Part shown: positions 15,420 to 24,254 of the stretch, piece after piece
Position numbering within the stretch: the first letter of the stretch is position 1
Layout of the letters: every line of letters begins with the position of its first letter
NCBI GenBank assembly: GCA_018669005.1
Contig: JABJAL010000103.1
Location: 42,931-106,930, forward strand
DNA length: 64,000 nt
Direction: 5' to 3'
Source: Nitrospinaceae bacterium
Lineage (GTDB): Bacteria; UBA8248
Position numbers and translations under genes: made by a program
Notes under the pieces: generated by a model
Told to the model about the DNA's origin: nothing
What the model saw: only the letters and a program-made list of their open reading frames with translations
The model's database searches: none

Positions 15420-16571
15420 CTACGCGGCAGCCCTGTAAATTTTCTCGATGTCCTCGAGAGTCAGCTTTTTCGGATTGAACCCGAGGAGTCGCTGTTGTGT
15501 CTCAAAAGCGGCCTCCGCCAGCTCGGGAATGACATGGGCGGGTACATCGACCTCACTGAGTTGAGTGGGCACACCACAGTCTTTGCATAGGCGCTCCACG
15601 GCGCCGACCGAGCGCTCTGCGGCCTCCTCAATTGACAAGCTGGCGATATCCTCGCCCAGAATTGCCGCAATTCGGGCGAATTTTTCTGGGTTTGCCGGAT
15701 AGTTCACTTTCATTACGTGGGAGAACATGAGCGAATTACTCACCCCGTGTGGAATATGAAAGCGCGAGCCGAGGGGATACGCCAAGGCGTGAATCGCCCC
15801 GGCCCCTGCGCTCGTCAGGCAGACGCCCCCGTAGTGGGAGCCGAGGGCCATATCGCTCCGAGCGGCGAGATCGCTACCCTCCTCGCATACACGCCGGAGG
15901 GAGCCGGCGATGAGTTCCATGCCCTGTACGCTGTATAGCTCGCTCAGGGCCGATGAGTTCGGATTAACAAATGATTCGACACAATGAGTGAAAGCGTCAA
16001 CGCCTGAGGCCGCGGTTACTTTATGCGGCAATGTCAAAGTAAGCTCCGGGTCGATTATCGCCGCACTAGGAACTATTCGTGTGCTGACGATTGCGAGTTT
16101 TACCCCTTTTTCAGGGACGGAAAAAATGGCGTTAGGCGTCGCCTCGGCACCTGTGCCGCTTGTTGTTGGAATGAGAACACAGGCAAGGCCTGCATTGGGA
16201 ACAAGCTCAGTTCCGAGGTAGTCCCGTGGTTCTCCAGGATTCGTGAATAGAACGGACATGGATTTTGCGAGGTCCATGGAGCTTCCCCCGCCGATGCCGA
16301 CGATGAAATCGAAAGCCTCGTCTCGATAGTGCTCATATGCGGATTCCAGATCGCCAATGGCAGGCTCCGGCGCACATTCATCGTAGACGGTGACATCGAC
16401 GCCGGAGGCCTTGAGCGGGTCAATTGCCCGGGAGGCGATTCCTGCGCTCATGACGCCCTTGTCCGTGAAAACCAGGGCCTTTTTTGCGCTGGCGAATGTG
16501 GCTTCCTCTGATACTTTCTCTACGGTTCCTGCGCCGAACCAGGTGCGGACGGGGTGTCGGATGCTGAACAT
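15420..16571 (-). CDS. Iron-containing alcohol dehydrogenase
   Basis: GIGGGSSMDLAK and histidine-rich metal-site motifs (HALAYPLG, HGVSN). 383 aa. Confidence 0.85.
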   Translation of the reverse strand: MFSIRHPVRTWFGAGTVEKVSEEATFASAKKALVFTDKGVMSAGIASRAIDPLKASGVDVTVYDECAPEPAIGDLESAYEHYRDEAFDFIVGIGGGSSMDLAKSMSVLFTNPGEPRDYLGTELVPNAGLACVLIPTTSGTGAEATPNAIFSVPEKGVKLAIVSTRIVPSAAIIDPELTLTLPHKVTAASGVDAFTHCVESFVNPNSSALSELYSVQGMELIAGSLRRVCEEGSDLAARSDMALGSHYGGVCLTSAGAGAIHALAYPLGSRFHIPHGVSNSLMFSHVMKVNYPANPEKFARIAAILGEDIASLSIEEAAERSVGAVERLCKDCGVPTQLSEVDVPAHVIPELAEAAFETQQRLLGFNPKKLTLEDIEKIYRAAA

Positions 16572-16630
16572 GATTCGAACTCCTTTCGTGGGAGATAAAT
16601 TTTTAGTCTTAGCGCCTGATCTCGGGCCAT

Positions 16631-18223
16631 TTATCCGCCCGATTTCACACCGGCTTCCTTGCTTAGTGCCTCTCTCACAATATAGTCCGCCAACAACTGA
16701 TAACCCGCTGTCGTGTAATGCCCGCGGGAAGGGAAAAATTTTGGGTCGTATTTTTTCTCTTCAAGAGCTCTTTCGAAATTAGTCAGCGGAATATTCAGTT
16801 CCCGGAGAATTTTTATTATTTCCGTCCGGTCGACCCGCTCTTCCGATTTGATTGAAAAATATCTGGAACCCAGCACCTGTACCGGAAGATAGACCACATG
16901 GATTTTCCCGCCCCAGGCGGCCGTTTCTTCTTTGGCCCTTTTGAAAATAGTTCTTAATTTTTCGAGGAGTACTCTGTTTTGATTTTTTTTCAGGCGGATG
17001 CCGGTGGAGCCGAGTAATGTCCTTAACTTTGATAGGACGATAAAGTTGCGAATGTTTGTTACGGTTGATCTGAAGTCATATTTTTCTTTTTTTTCGGATG
17101 TTTGTTTTGTAGGGGTATCATACTGGCGCGGGGTATCTCCCCCGCCGCGCGAGAATTTTCGGAATGAAAAACGCCGAGCTATCTCGTCTATCTTTTTTCG
17201 GGAGTCTATCTGGGCGGTCTTTTTTGGGGAGTCTTTCGAGGCATTTATCTCGATTAGTTCTTTTTTGATGTTGATGAAACGTTTCCAGAATGAATCAATT
17301 TCATCTTGCCGCTTCGTCAGTCCTTGATAGAATTTTTTACTTAGGTAATTTTTTAAATACTGGCTTCCCAGTTCTTCTTTTAGGTTTCTTAGGTCGTTTC
17401 CCTCGTAATAAACCCAAAAAACAATTTTGGGCTTTAATATGCGCCCGTATTCCACGAGGCCGGCCAGTTCCAGCAAAGGGCCATTGCCTCGAACGGCAAT
17501 ATTGATGGCGTTGTATCCATGGGCCCGCAGCCTGCCTCCGATATCCTTTCCTTCGGGAACGCAAGAGCCGTGCGCAAAGGAATCGCCGAGGATCATTAGG
17601 CGGGGACCGGGGCGCGAATAGACCGTATCGTCGTTGTTGAACCCATGCCGGTCGCTTTGATAAATGGCCCAGTCTCCGGTTTCGTTGCAAAGGACAGTTT
17701 TTATATTGGAGATGCCTCCGATCGGAAAAATGTTTCCGAATGGATGTATCCCACTGTTCAAGTAGTCATTGTCTAAATTGTTGAAAAGTTGAGAGGCGAC
17801 ACCTGAAGGATAGGCGTCGATGTTTTGTCTTTTGAAGTCGTTAATTACTTCTATTTTGTTGCGGCGGTCAAATCTTTTTTTGGCGCTTCGTTTGTTTCTC
17901 GCGACACCTACTTCCCGGTAAGCTTGTTTTTGGTCGCTGCTTTCTCGGATTTCTAAAATAAAATTAAAAAGATAAGCTCCGGTGCCAAGAGAGAAGATCA
18001 AAAGTGCGAAATTAAGCCGATAGGCAGGCCATAGAAAATAGGCCACTCCGATAAAAGCCGAAAAGGCGCCGGCCGCGCCCATGATTATTTTTCCCGAGTC
18101 GGCAACGATCTCGATTATCGAAAATCCATAAACAAGGATGAAAATCCCCACTAGAAAGCTGATTACGAATATGCCTTTGGCAACTAGTTGCAAGGCTATT
18201 GGTGGCTGATAGGTAGCGGTCAT
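16631..18223 (-). CDS. Membrane-anchored SGNH/GDSL-type hydrolase family protein
   Basis: The start is taken at MTATYQ (ATG 18223); the track's 5' extension overlaps the upstream gene. About four N-terminal TM segments are present. SGNH blocks: LGDSFAHG, VRGNG, YEGNDL, GHYT. A Lys-rich insert is present and the DNA is visibly AT-rich. Confidence 0.65.
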   Translation of the reverse strand: MTATYQPPIALQLVAKGIFVISFLVGIFILVYGFSIIEIVADSGKIIMGAAGAFSAFIGVAYFLWPAYRLNFALLIFSLGTGAYLFNFILEIRESSDQKQAYREVGVARNKRSAKKRFDRRNKIEVINDFKRQNIDAYPSGVASQLFNNLDNDYLNSGIHPFGNIFPIGGISNIKTVLCNETGDWAIYQSDRHGFNNDDTVYSRPGPRLMILGDSFAHGSCVPEGKDIGGRLRAHGYNAINIAVRGNGPLLELAGLVEYGRILKPKIVFWVYYEGNDLRNLKEELGSQYLKNYLSKKFYQGLTKRQDEIDSFWKRFINIKKELIEINASKDSPKKTAQIDSRKKIDEIARRFSFRKFSRGGGDTPRQYDTPTKQTSEKKEKYDFRSTVTNIRNFIVLSKLRTLLGSTGIRLKKNQNRVLLEKLRTIFKRAKEETAAWGGKIHVVYLPVQVLGSRYFSIKSEERVDRTEIIKILRELNIPLTNFERALEEKKYDPKFFPSRGHYTTAGYQLLADYIVREALSKEAGVKSGG

Positions 18224-18312
18224 ATTCCGGATTCTGGCATAAGTCGGGCCGACGATTCGAGTAATTCGTAAGAAAAAATTATAGCAAAAAAAGCCATTTG
18301 CCAACCACCCGT

Positions 18313-19419
18313 TTAATTGGCTGGCGCCTTGCCGGGCCAGTTTGAACCGGTAAGGCGGGTCCAGGCGTTTTTGAACGCAAGCCGCTGACGGGTGGGCGGT
18401 GTTAGGTGTTCTAATATGCGGCGCCGATAGCTTTGTATTCGAGCAGAATATATCTCGGGGGTCGAATATTTTATCGAACTGCCCGTATGAAAGTGAGAGA
18501 TCCGCGATTCGAGCAGCGAACGCCATTCGGGCGAAAATCCTTCACCCGGATCGATCAGAAGATTCTCCCTCGGCTGGGAAAAAATGGTTTTAAGCTGTGG
18601 CGGCCGCTGGGTCAGTATAAAATACAGGTTCGGTCGGCGCAGGGTGATAGCGCGAATGAGCCCGTGGCCGTAGCCGGGTAGTTTCCCTGAATTGGGGAGA
18701 TACCCGGCACGGTTCCATATGACGGAGGCACCGACATAGGCCCGAAACTGACGTTCAAGCCAGCCGAGTCCGTTGTCCTCGGGTTCCATATTGAGCCAGA
18801 GCGGCGCTTTTTTTTCCGCGGAAAGACGTAGAAGGGCTTCAAACGCGGCTTTTTGTCTTGTGATTTTATTGGCTCGGGGGTCTTTTTGTTCACCGTCCAG
18901 AATTTTTCCCGGGGCGAGGTTAAGAAAAACCCTGCCGATTCCATACGCGCCAGCTTCGAGTTCCTGGCGGGTTGAGGCCAGATGACCACTCCCGGGCGCA
19001 GACCATGAAATTCCTCTGGGCGAGGTTGTGAGTGGAATTATCCGAGCGGGATATCTTTGCACCGCTCGCGAGATCGTTTCTTTCTCGTGGGCCGAGACGG
19101 CAGCTAGTGCCACGCCGGAGAGATCCATGGTTTCGATCAGACCTGCCAGGTCAGTTTTGGGCGCCAGTAAAATATCCATGTCGATTATTGGCAGGTGACC
19201 TCCCTTGAGAAAAGCCTGAACAGTTTTTCGGTAGAGCGCGTTTCGACCCTCGCGGGTGGCAGGGGTACTCGCCGGGGTTAGCGAAATAGGTCTGGGGGCG
19301 GGGCCGCATCCCGCCAATAGTGCGCTTCCTGTAAAGAGCACTAAAACGAAAATTAAAACATGAAGCGTCTCTTTTTGAGGGGTCCACATTATTCGTCTTG
19401 TCTGCTTGATGTTGGCCAT
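18313..19419 (-). CDS. Hypothetical lipoprotein
   Basis: The start is taken at MANIKQTRR (ATG 19419). A lipobox, LLAGC, follows a hydrophobic stretch. I recognise no family motif. Confidence 0.6.
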   Translation of the reverse strand: MANIKQTRRIMWTPQKETLHVLIFVLVLFTGSALLAGCGPAPRPISLTPASTPATREGRNALYRKTVQAFLKGGHLPIIDMDILLAPKTDLAGLIETMDLSGVALAAVSAHEKETISRAVQRYPARIIPLTTSPRGISWSAPGSGHLASTRQELEAGAYGIGRVFLNLAPGKILDGEQKDPRANKITRQKAAFEALLRLSAEKKAPLWLNMEPEDNGLGWLERQFRAYVGASVIWNRAGYLPNSGKLPGYGHGLIRAITLRRPNLYFILTQRPPQLKTIFSQPRENLLIDPGEGFSPEWRSLLESRISHFHTGSSIKYSTPEIYSARIQSYRRRILEHLTPPTRQRLAFKNAWTRLTGSNWPGKAPAN

Positions 19420-19432
19420 GCTTCGATTCCGA

Positions 19433-20161
19433 TTATTCCATAATGGCGACGGCGCGGATGTGGGTGCCAGTGGCGCCCATCCAGTGGAGCGGCAGTACAC
19501 TCACGGTGAAGCCATGTGCTTTGGGAATGTCGCCTAAATTGGCGAGGTTTTCAATGTGCCAGTACTCACGCTTTTGGAAGAGGCGGTGGCAGGGCCAGGG
19601 GTCTTTGCGATCAAGCATTTCTTTAATCGGTAAATCGAAGCCCGGTGCGTCGATGCCCATTACCTGAATGCCCTTGTCGATGAGCCATTCGGCGCTCTCG
19701 CCCACCATGCCGGGATGATCTGTTAGATAACGCGGCTCCTCGTTGTAGTCGGCAGCGCCGGTCCATAGCAGGACGATCTCGCCGCCCTTGAACTCGTAGC
19801 TCTCTTTGTCGAGTGCAGCCTGAAGATCGCCTTCTGTAATCAACTCGCCCGGTTTTTTGTGACGCATGTCGAGGCGTACACCGGGGCCGTAACATTTGTC
19901 GATGGGAATCTTCTCGGTGGGCGAGTCGAGTTGGCCGCCGTGGCTTCTGGCATCAATATGGGTGCCGCAGTGTTCGCTGAAGATGCAAACGCTGTGCTGG
20001 AAAAGCTCGGGAAACCCCATCTTGTCTGTGCCGACGCGTTTGGCCGACTCGAAAGTGGTTTCCACCGTTTTGATGAGCGGCTGGAGCGTGCCCGGATAAT
20101 GCTGCATGTTCTGGTGCACAGGCATTGAAAGATCGATCAACTGGGGCATTTTTATCTCCAC
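19433..20161 (-). CDS. Cyclase family protein (kynurenine formamidase-like)
   Basis: HCGTHIDARSH motif (HxGTHxDxPxH type). 242 aa. Confidence 0.75.
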   Translation of the reverse strand: MEIKMPQLIDLSMPVHQNMQHYPGTLQPLIKTVETTFESAKRVGTDKMGFPELFQHSVCIFSEHCGTHIDARSHGGQLDSPTEKIPIDKCYGPGVRLDMRHKKPGELITEGDLQAALDKESYEFKGGEIVLLWTGAADYNEEPRYLTDHPGMVGESAEWLIDKGIQVMGIDAPGFDLPIKEMLDRKDPWPCHRLFQKREYWHIENLANLGDIPKAHGFTVSVLPLHWMGATGTHIRAVAIME

Positions 20162-20182
20162 TTGATATGTAGCGTTCAGGTT

Positions 20183-20899
20183 CTATTTAATGCGGCCCGG
20201 TGCGTATTTGATGAAATCCCACCACCACATCTCACGGATGGGGCCAACAAGTTTGCCAATCGTCTCGGCACTTCGCGAAGTGCCTGTGGCGGCTTCTTTC
20301 CATTCCGCCGAACCGATGGGTTCGAGGGTGGACATTTCATAAATGGCGATGAGGGTCTGCTGGCCGTCTTGTTTGCCCTGCATTTTGGTTTCTGCGGTTT
20401 TCTCGTCTGAAACAGCATCTCGCCGGAAGAGCCGCGCCCGGACCACGCAGTCAAGCGCGCACAGACGAGGGAGGTGCTCCTCGCGATACCAGGAGATGAC
20501 TTCCGCCTCGGCTCCCTCGGTCGGGTCGCACCGGAAGGTGTAGATGTAGGGTGGCTCGACGCGAGGCCTATCACCCGAGGTGGCCTCTAGCGTGTAGACG
20601 CCGCGCCGGGCGTCCTTGATGACACCCATTGATTTTTGGGTCCATGGGGTGGGGTTGTTGCGCGATTCGCGGTAGTAGGGGCTGTCGAAGGTGGCCAAAT
20701 CCTCGCCCTCGAATACGGTGAGCCGCTTATGGTGTCCTTCGCCACCCTCGCTGTTGTAGCGGCGGCAGGCGATGTAGCCAGGGCCCTCGAGGCGCTCGGT
20801 CGTGTGCTCAAGATTGTGCCACTTGCGGATTTCCTCTTCCTTTTCCTTGGGAATGTTCGACCAGATAGCGGTGATGGCTTTCGCCTCGGGAAGGCTCAT
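20183..20899 (-). CDS. Uncharacterised two-domain protein, distant relative of the 45.4-47.7 kb paralogues
   Basis: The start is taken at MSLPEAKAITAIW (ATG 20899). Two repeats carry a W-x(n)-EH(L/T) pattern (IRKWHNLEHTTERL and ISWYREEHLPRL), consistent with a duplicated ferredoxin-like alpha/beta barrel. Confidence 0.55.
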   Translation of the reverse strand: MSLPEAKAITAIWSNIPKEKEEEIRKWHNLEHTTERLEGPGYIACRRYNSEGGEGHHKRLTVFEGEDLATFDSPYYRESRNNPTPWTQKSMGVIKDARRGVYTLEATSGDRPRVEPPYIYTFRCDPTEGAEAEVISWYREEHLPRLCALDCVVRARLFRRDAVSDEKTAETKMQGKQDGQQTLIAIYEMSTLEPIGSAEWKEAATGTSRSAETIGKLVGPIREMWWWDFIKYAPGRIK

Positions 20900-20909
20900 T
20901 TGTTTCTCC

Positions 20910-22343
20910 TTAATCCTTGATGTTCGCCAGCCACTTGGCGTATTCGACCGAAGGGGCAACCTTATGCTCGCGCCAGATGGTCATCTTTTCGGCCTCGATT
21001 GAGCCCTCGGCGTGGATGGCGAGGACGGCCTGGTAGCCGCCAAAATCTGTCGCCGTTATCTCGGCGATGAGGTTCATTAGCCGCAAGCGGTCACCAGCCG
21101 ACACGCCGCCCGCCCCGCCCAGGTATTTTTCGACCAGCTCGCCCAGGCGTGGGTCGTTCATGTCCTCCTCGGTGGGCCCGGTAACCAAAAGCCCGCCCGC
21201 GATGTCTTGCACCCAGGCGAGGGCCTGGTGGTACCCGGTGGCAAAGTGGAGTTTGGCGATGTTCACCGTCTCGACATCGGGCACGGCGATGCCGTCCACG
21301 GTGCGACACTCTCTTGCCGCCTCGCGGGTCATTCCCCGCAGGATTTGCGCGTAGCTGATAAGCCGGGCGAGCTTGTCGCGGACATGGCCCGCGCGAAGGA
21401 CGCCATTGTACTCGGCCATCAGGTAGGAGGCCCCGACGAACAAATCTACCAGCGGGAGCTTGTAGCTGATAGCCGTGAAGCGGTGATACTCAACGAAAGT
21501 TTTCGCAAGCGCCCCGGCCATTCCCACCTCGCCGTTCAGGAACACCCGATCCCAGGGCACTTTTACGTCCTCGAAGATTGTGAGCGTTTCCATCATCTTG
21601 TGTTTTGAGGCGATGGGGTACTCGAATTCGTTGCCGCCCCGCCCGTAGCCTGAGGCGATCATGGTGAGCCCCGGCGCATTTGCAGGCACCGCGCAGGCCA
21701 CTGCATAAGCTTCGTCGCCCTCGCCCATTGCCCGCGTCGGCAAAACAATAATCTCGTGTGCGTTCGTCGAAACAGAAGTGTGAATTTTCGCACCGCGCAG
21801 GGTGATGCCCTCTGCGTCCTCGGAGACGACGCGGACGTAATAATCGGGGTGGTTCTGCTCGCCGGGGCCCTTTGCTCTGTCGCCCTTCACATCCGTCTGG
21901 GCGACGGCGATGGCAAGGTCGTTGTCGCGGCAATGCTCGTAGAATTTCTTGACGCGGGGTAGATACTCGGTCCCCATCTCGCGGTCCATGTGCTCGGCGA
22001 TCAGATGAAGCGCGAACAGCGCGTCCGTGCCAATTTCTTTAATGAGGACCACCAGCGTCCCGCCCAGCGCCGTTGCCCGCTCGATGAGGGCGCTCCGCTT
22101 GAGCAGGTTTCCTGCGTTCCCTGGAATGTGGTAGTAGCGCGAGTAGGGGCCGTTTGGGCCCTCCACCACCGCTAGCTTCCTGTCATCCCCCTCGTGGGCC
22201 ATCTCGTAGTCGATGGCGGCGTGATCCACCGCGACGCCAATCACCGGATGCGCCGCGACATCCTCAACCGCCTCCCCCCGGTAAAACACCCGCCGCCCGT
22301 CCTGCAGGCTTGCCTTGTAGTCGTCCGGACTCATCAGGGGCAT
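20910..22343 (-). CDS. 4-hydroxyphenylacetate 3-hydroxylase (HpaB) / AbfD superfamily flavin enzyme
   Basis: 477 aa. The N-terminus DYKASLQDGRRVFYRGEAVEDVAAHP is typical of the family. The Cys/His pattern for an AbfD-type 4Fe-4S cluster is not evident. Confidence 0.7.
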   Translation of the reverse strand: MPLMSPDDYKASLQDGRRVFYRGEAVEDVAAHPVIGVAVDHAAIDYEMAHEGDDRKLAVVEGPNGPYSRYYHIPGNAGNLLKRSALIERATALGGTLVVLIKEIGTDALFALHLIAEHMDREMGTEYLPRVKKFYEHCRDNDLAIAVAQTDVKGDRAKGPGEQNHPDYYVRVVSEDAEGITLRGAKIHTSVSTNAHEIIVLPTRAMGEGDEAYAVACAVPANAPGLTMIASGYGRGGNEFEYPIASKHKMMETLTIFEDVKVPWDRVFLNGEVGMAGALAKTFVEYHRFTAISYKLPLVDLFVGASYLMAEYNGVLRAGHVRDKLARLISYAQILRGMTREAARECRTVDGIAVPDVETVNIAKLHFATGYHQALAWVQDIAGGLLVTGPTEEDMNDPRLGELVEKYLGGAGGVSAGDRLRLMNLIAEITATDFGGYQAVLAIHAEGSIEAEKMTIWREHKVAPSVEYAKWLANIKD

Positions 22344-22521
22344 TCCCGCGCCCTCCCTGGTTGCTGACTGGATGCCCTAGATTAGCCCCTATCGGCCCCG
22401 GCGTGAAGCGGGGAAGGGGTATCACCAGCACCGTGAATCCACACCGCCGTCGGAGCTATCGCGTTATACAGTTCCGGTCGGGTGGGCTAGAATGTATTTT
22501 CCAATTTTCAGGGAGAGCGGG

Positions 22522-22920
22522 ATGGACCTGGCCTTAGTTGGCATCATTGTGGCGATTTTCTTCGGTGTCATCGGTGTCCTTTTGACAATCGGCGGGTTCA
22601 TATTTTCACACCACCGAAGGGCGATGGAGCAACCCGAATCCCGAGAGGATTACATCCGCCGCCTGAATCATCCCGTTTATTTCCAGTTGCTCGAATCCTG
22701 TCTTGGCTGGATGGATGATTTTTTCGGCCCCCAGATGTCGCTACGCCCCTTTCGTTTCGAGTGGCGGGGTTTTTTCGTGTGCGAGGCCATTTCTCTTGGT
22801 TATGCCTACGCATCATTCGTCATTGGCTGGATGATGGGTGCGCCCGGCGCGCTGGGGAGAGTGTCGATGTTTTCCGATTCCGCACCGCTGGCTGGCTGCC
22901 GAACTGGCTTCGCGGGGTGA
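22522..22920 (+). CDS. Hypothetical membrane protein
   Basis: ATG 22522 follows GGGAGAG. One clear TM segment (LALVGIIVAIFFGVIGVLLTIGGFIF) is present. The stop overlaps GTG 22917 (GTGA). This may instead be the frameshifted 5' part of the next ORF. Confidence 0.45.
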   Translation: MDLALVGIIVAIFFGVIGVLLTIGGFIFSHHRRAMEQPESREDYIRRLNHPVYFQLLESCLGWMDDFFGPQMSLRPFRFEWRGFFVCEAISLGYAYASFVIGWMMGAPGALGRVSMFSDSAPLAGCRTGFAG

Positions 22921-23798
22921 TCATACTGGCGCTTCCGTTTGTGGTGTACTTTATTATCACAAGAGGGATTTCTGGAACAGAAAAAGTGGGGAAAAGATTC
23001 GGTCTGAAATTGTGGGGGCCGATGATGGGGTCTAGATTTTATCTCTTAGCCATAGCCATAGTCGTAGAGGTAGCCGTAGCCAGAGCCGGAGCCTTAGACA
23101 GAGCTGTAGCCAGCGGCGGAGCCGTAGCCGGAGCCTTAGCCGTAGCCGTAGCCGTAGCCTCAGCCTCAGCCTCTTATTTTAAAACGGGCATAATGGATGA
23201 TTATTCCATCACGGTCGTTTTATTTTTAGTTGTACTTCCTTTTCTGAACGGGGCGTGGGACTGGTTCTCGCTCAGCGTCAGCCGCTGTCTCGGGGAGGAT
23301 ATTCTCAAGCGAAGGTCCGGCTTGAGGGCGCTCGGTCTTGCTTTGCTCGATGTGGCCGCCGCCGTGTTTTTTCTCTTCACCCTCGCCGCCGTTTTGATTC
23401 TCGGAATAGAGACTCTTGTCTACTTTGCGGAGTGGGATTTTAACCTCCAAGATTTTCTGATTGTCGCCGCCACTGACCCCTGGGGCCAGGGATTCTGGGT
23501 CTCGTTCATGCTTTTGAGCACACTTGTACCCACGGCGGCGCATTTCGCCGTCGTGCTTTTCGGCGTTGTCCCCTCGCTGGGCTGGGGGTTTAGAGGCACT
23601 CTGACAGAGAAGATAAACGGCACCGAGTCCAGGTATCTTCTTCCCGCGGTTTATTTCGCCTTCTGGGGAATTGCCTCGGTGGCGATGGTGATAGCGGGGT
23701 TCTGGGTGGTATTCTGGGGCATCGGCAAGAGCGGGTATCCGGTATCGCAAATGCTTTTGGATTACGCGAATTGGATTCTGGACCTCATCGGCTCTTAG
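22917..23798 (+). CDS. Hypothetical polytopic membrane protein with (AV)n(AS)n low-complexity segment
   Basis: The frame is open from 22761, and the conservative start is GTG 22917, coupled to the upstream stop. Multiple TM segments are present. I recognise no family. Confidence 0.5.
   Translation: MIILALPFVVYFIITRGISGTEKVGKRFGLKLWGPMMGSRFYLLAIAIVVEVAVARAGALDRAVASGGAVAGALAVAVAVASASASYFKTGIMDDYSITVVLFLVVLPFLNGAWDWFSLSVSRCLGEDILKRRSGLRALGLALLDVAAAVFFLFTLAAVLILGIETLVYFAEWDFNLQDFLIVAATDPWGQGFWVSFMLLSTLVPTAAHFAVVLFGVVPSLGWGFRGTLTEKINGTESRYLLPAVYFAFWGIASVAMVIAGFWVVFWGIGKSGYPVSQMLLDYANWILDLIGS
23048..23173 (+). repeat. Imperfect hexanucleotide tandem repeat (gccgta / gcctca / gccata variants) inside a CDS
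   Basis: Reads ...gccatagccatagtcgtagaggtagccgtagccagagccggagcc...gccgtagccgtagccgtagcctcagcctcagcctc. It encodes AIAIVVEVAVARAGA...ALAVAVAVASASAS. Confidence 0.85.
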
Positions 23799-23823
23799 CC
23801 GATCTAGTCCGAAATGGAATCAC

Positions 23824-23857
23824 AAAAAAACCTCCCGCTCTGGGGAGGTTTTTTTGT
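23824..23857. terminator. Bidirectional rho-independent terminator
   Basis: A7-CCTCCC-gctctg-GGGAGG-T7, between convergent genes ending at 23798 and 23880. Confidence 0.85.
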
Positions 23858-23879
23858 GTTGATTCTGGTGGTCTGGCGA

Positions 23880-24140
23880 TTACGCCTCGGCGGCGAGCTC
23901 ATTGAGGCGGCCCTGCTTGTCGAGGTTCTGAAGCTGGGGAAAGCCGCCGATGGCCTCGCCGTTGATGAGGATCTGGGGGGCGGATTTGCCGCCCGTAAGT
24001 TCCATCATGGCGTCCCACTCGGGGGTGTGGCCGAATACGAGGTGTTCGGTGTATTCGAGCCCCCGCTTTTTGAGCAGCATCTTTGCCGCCATGCAGAAGG
24101 TGCATGGCTCGGTGGTATAGACTTCGATTTCTGTAGCCAT
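23880..24140 (-). CDS. Glutaredoxin
   Basis: 86 aa. Active site CTFC at positions 13-16 and a GGFPQL-type C-terminal motif. GGAGG lies 7 nt upstream of the ATG. Confidence 0.85.
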   Translation of the reverse strand: MATEIEVYTTEPCTFCMAAKMLLKKRGLEYTEHLVFGHTPEWDAMMELTGGKSAPQILINGEAIGGFPQLQNLDKQGRLNELAAEA

Positions 24141-24230
24141 TCAAAAACCTCCGTAGCTGGACCCTTGCCGGGCTCAGGTATGCCGGGCCTCGGGTTCGCG
24201 GACTCCCCTCTCGCGAAGAGGAAAGCTACC

Positions 24231-24254
24231 AAAAAAGGGACGCCCCCGCATCCC
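24231..24254 (-). terminator. Intrinsic-terminator-like hairpin in the leader upstream of glutaredoxin
   Basis: Minus-strand GGGAUGC-GGGG-GCGUCCC followed by U6, about 90 nt upstream of the grx start. No minus-strand gene lies upstream of it. Confidence 0.4.

Noticed and set aside
18224-18526. 5' extension of the SGNH hydrolase ORF (631-aa version), and likewise 19420-19500 for the lipoprotein ORF
   Set aside because: The extensions overlap the 3' end of the upstream gene and have non-protein-like composition. Internal ATGs give sensible TM or lipobox N-termini.
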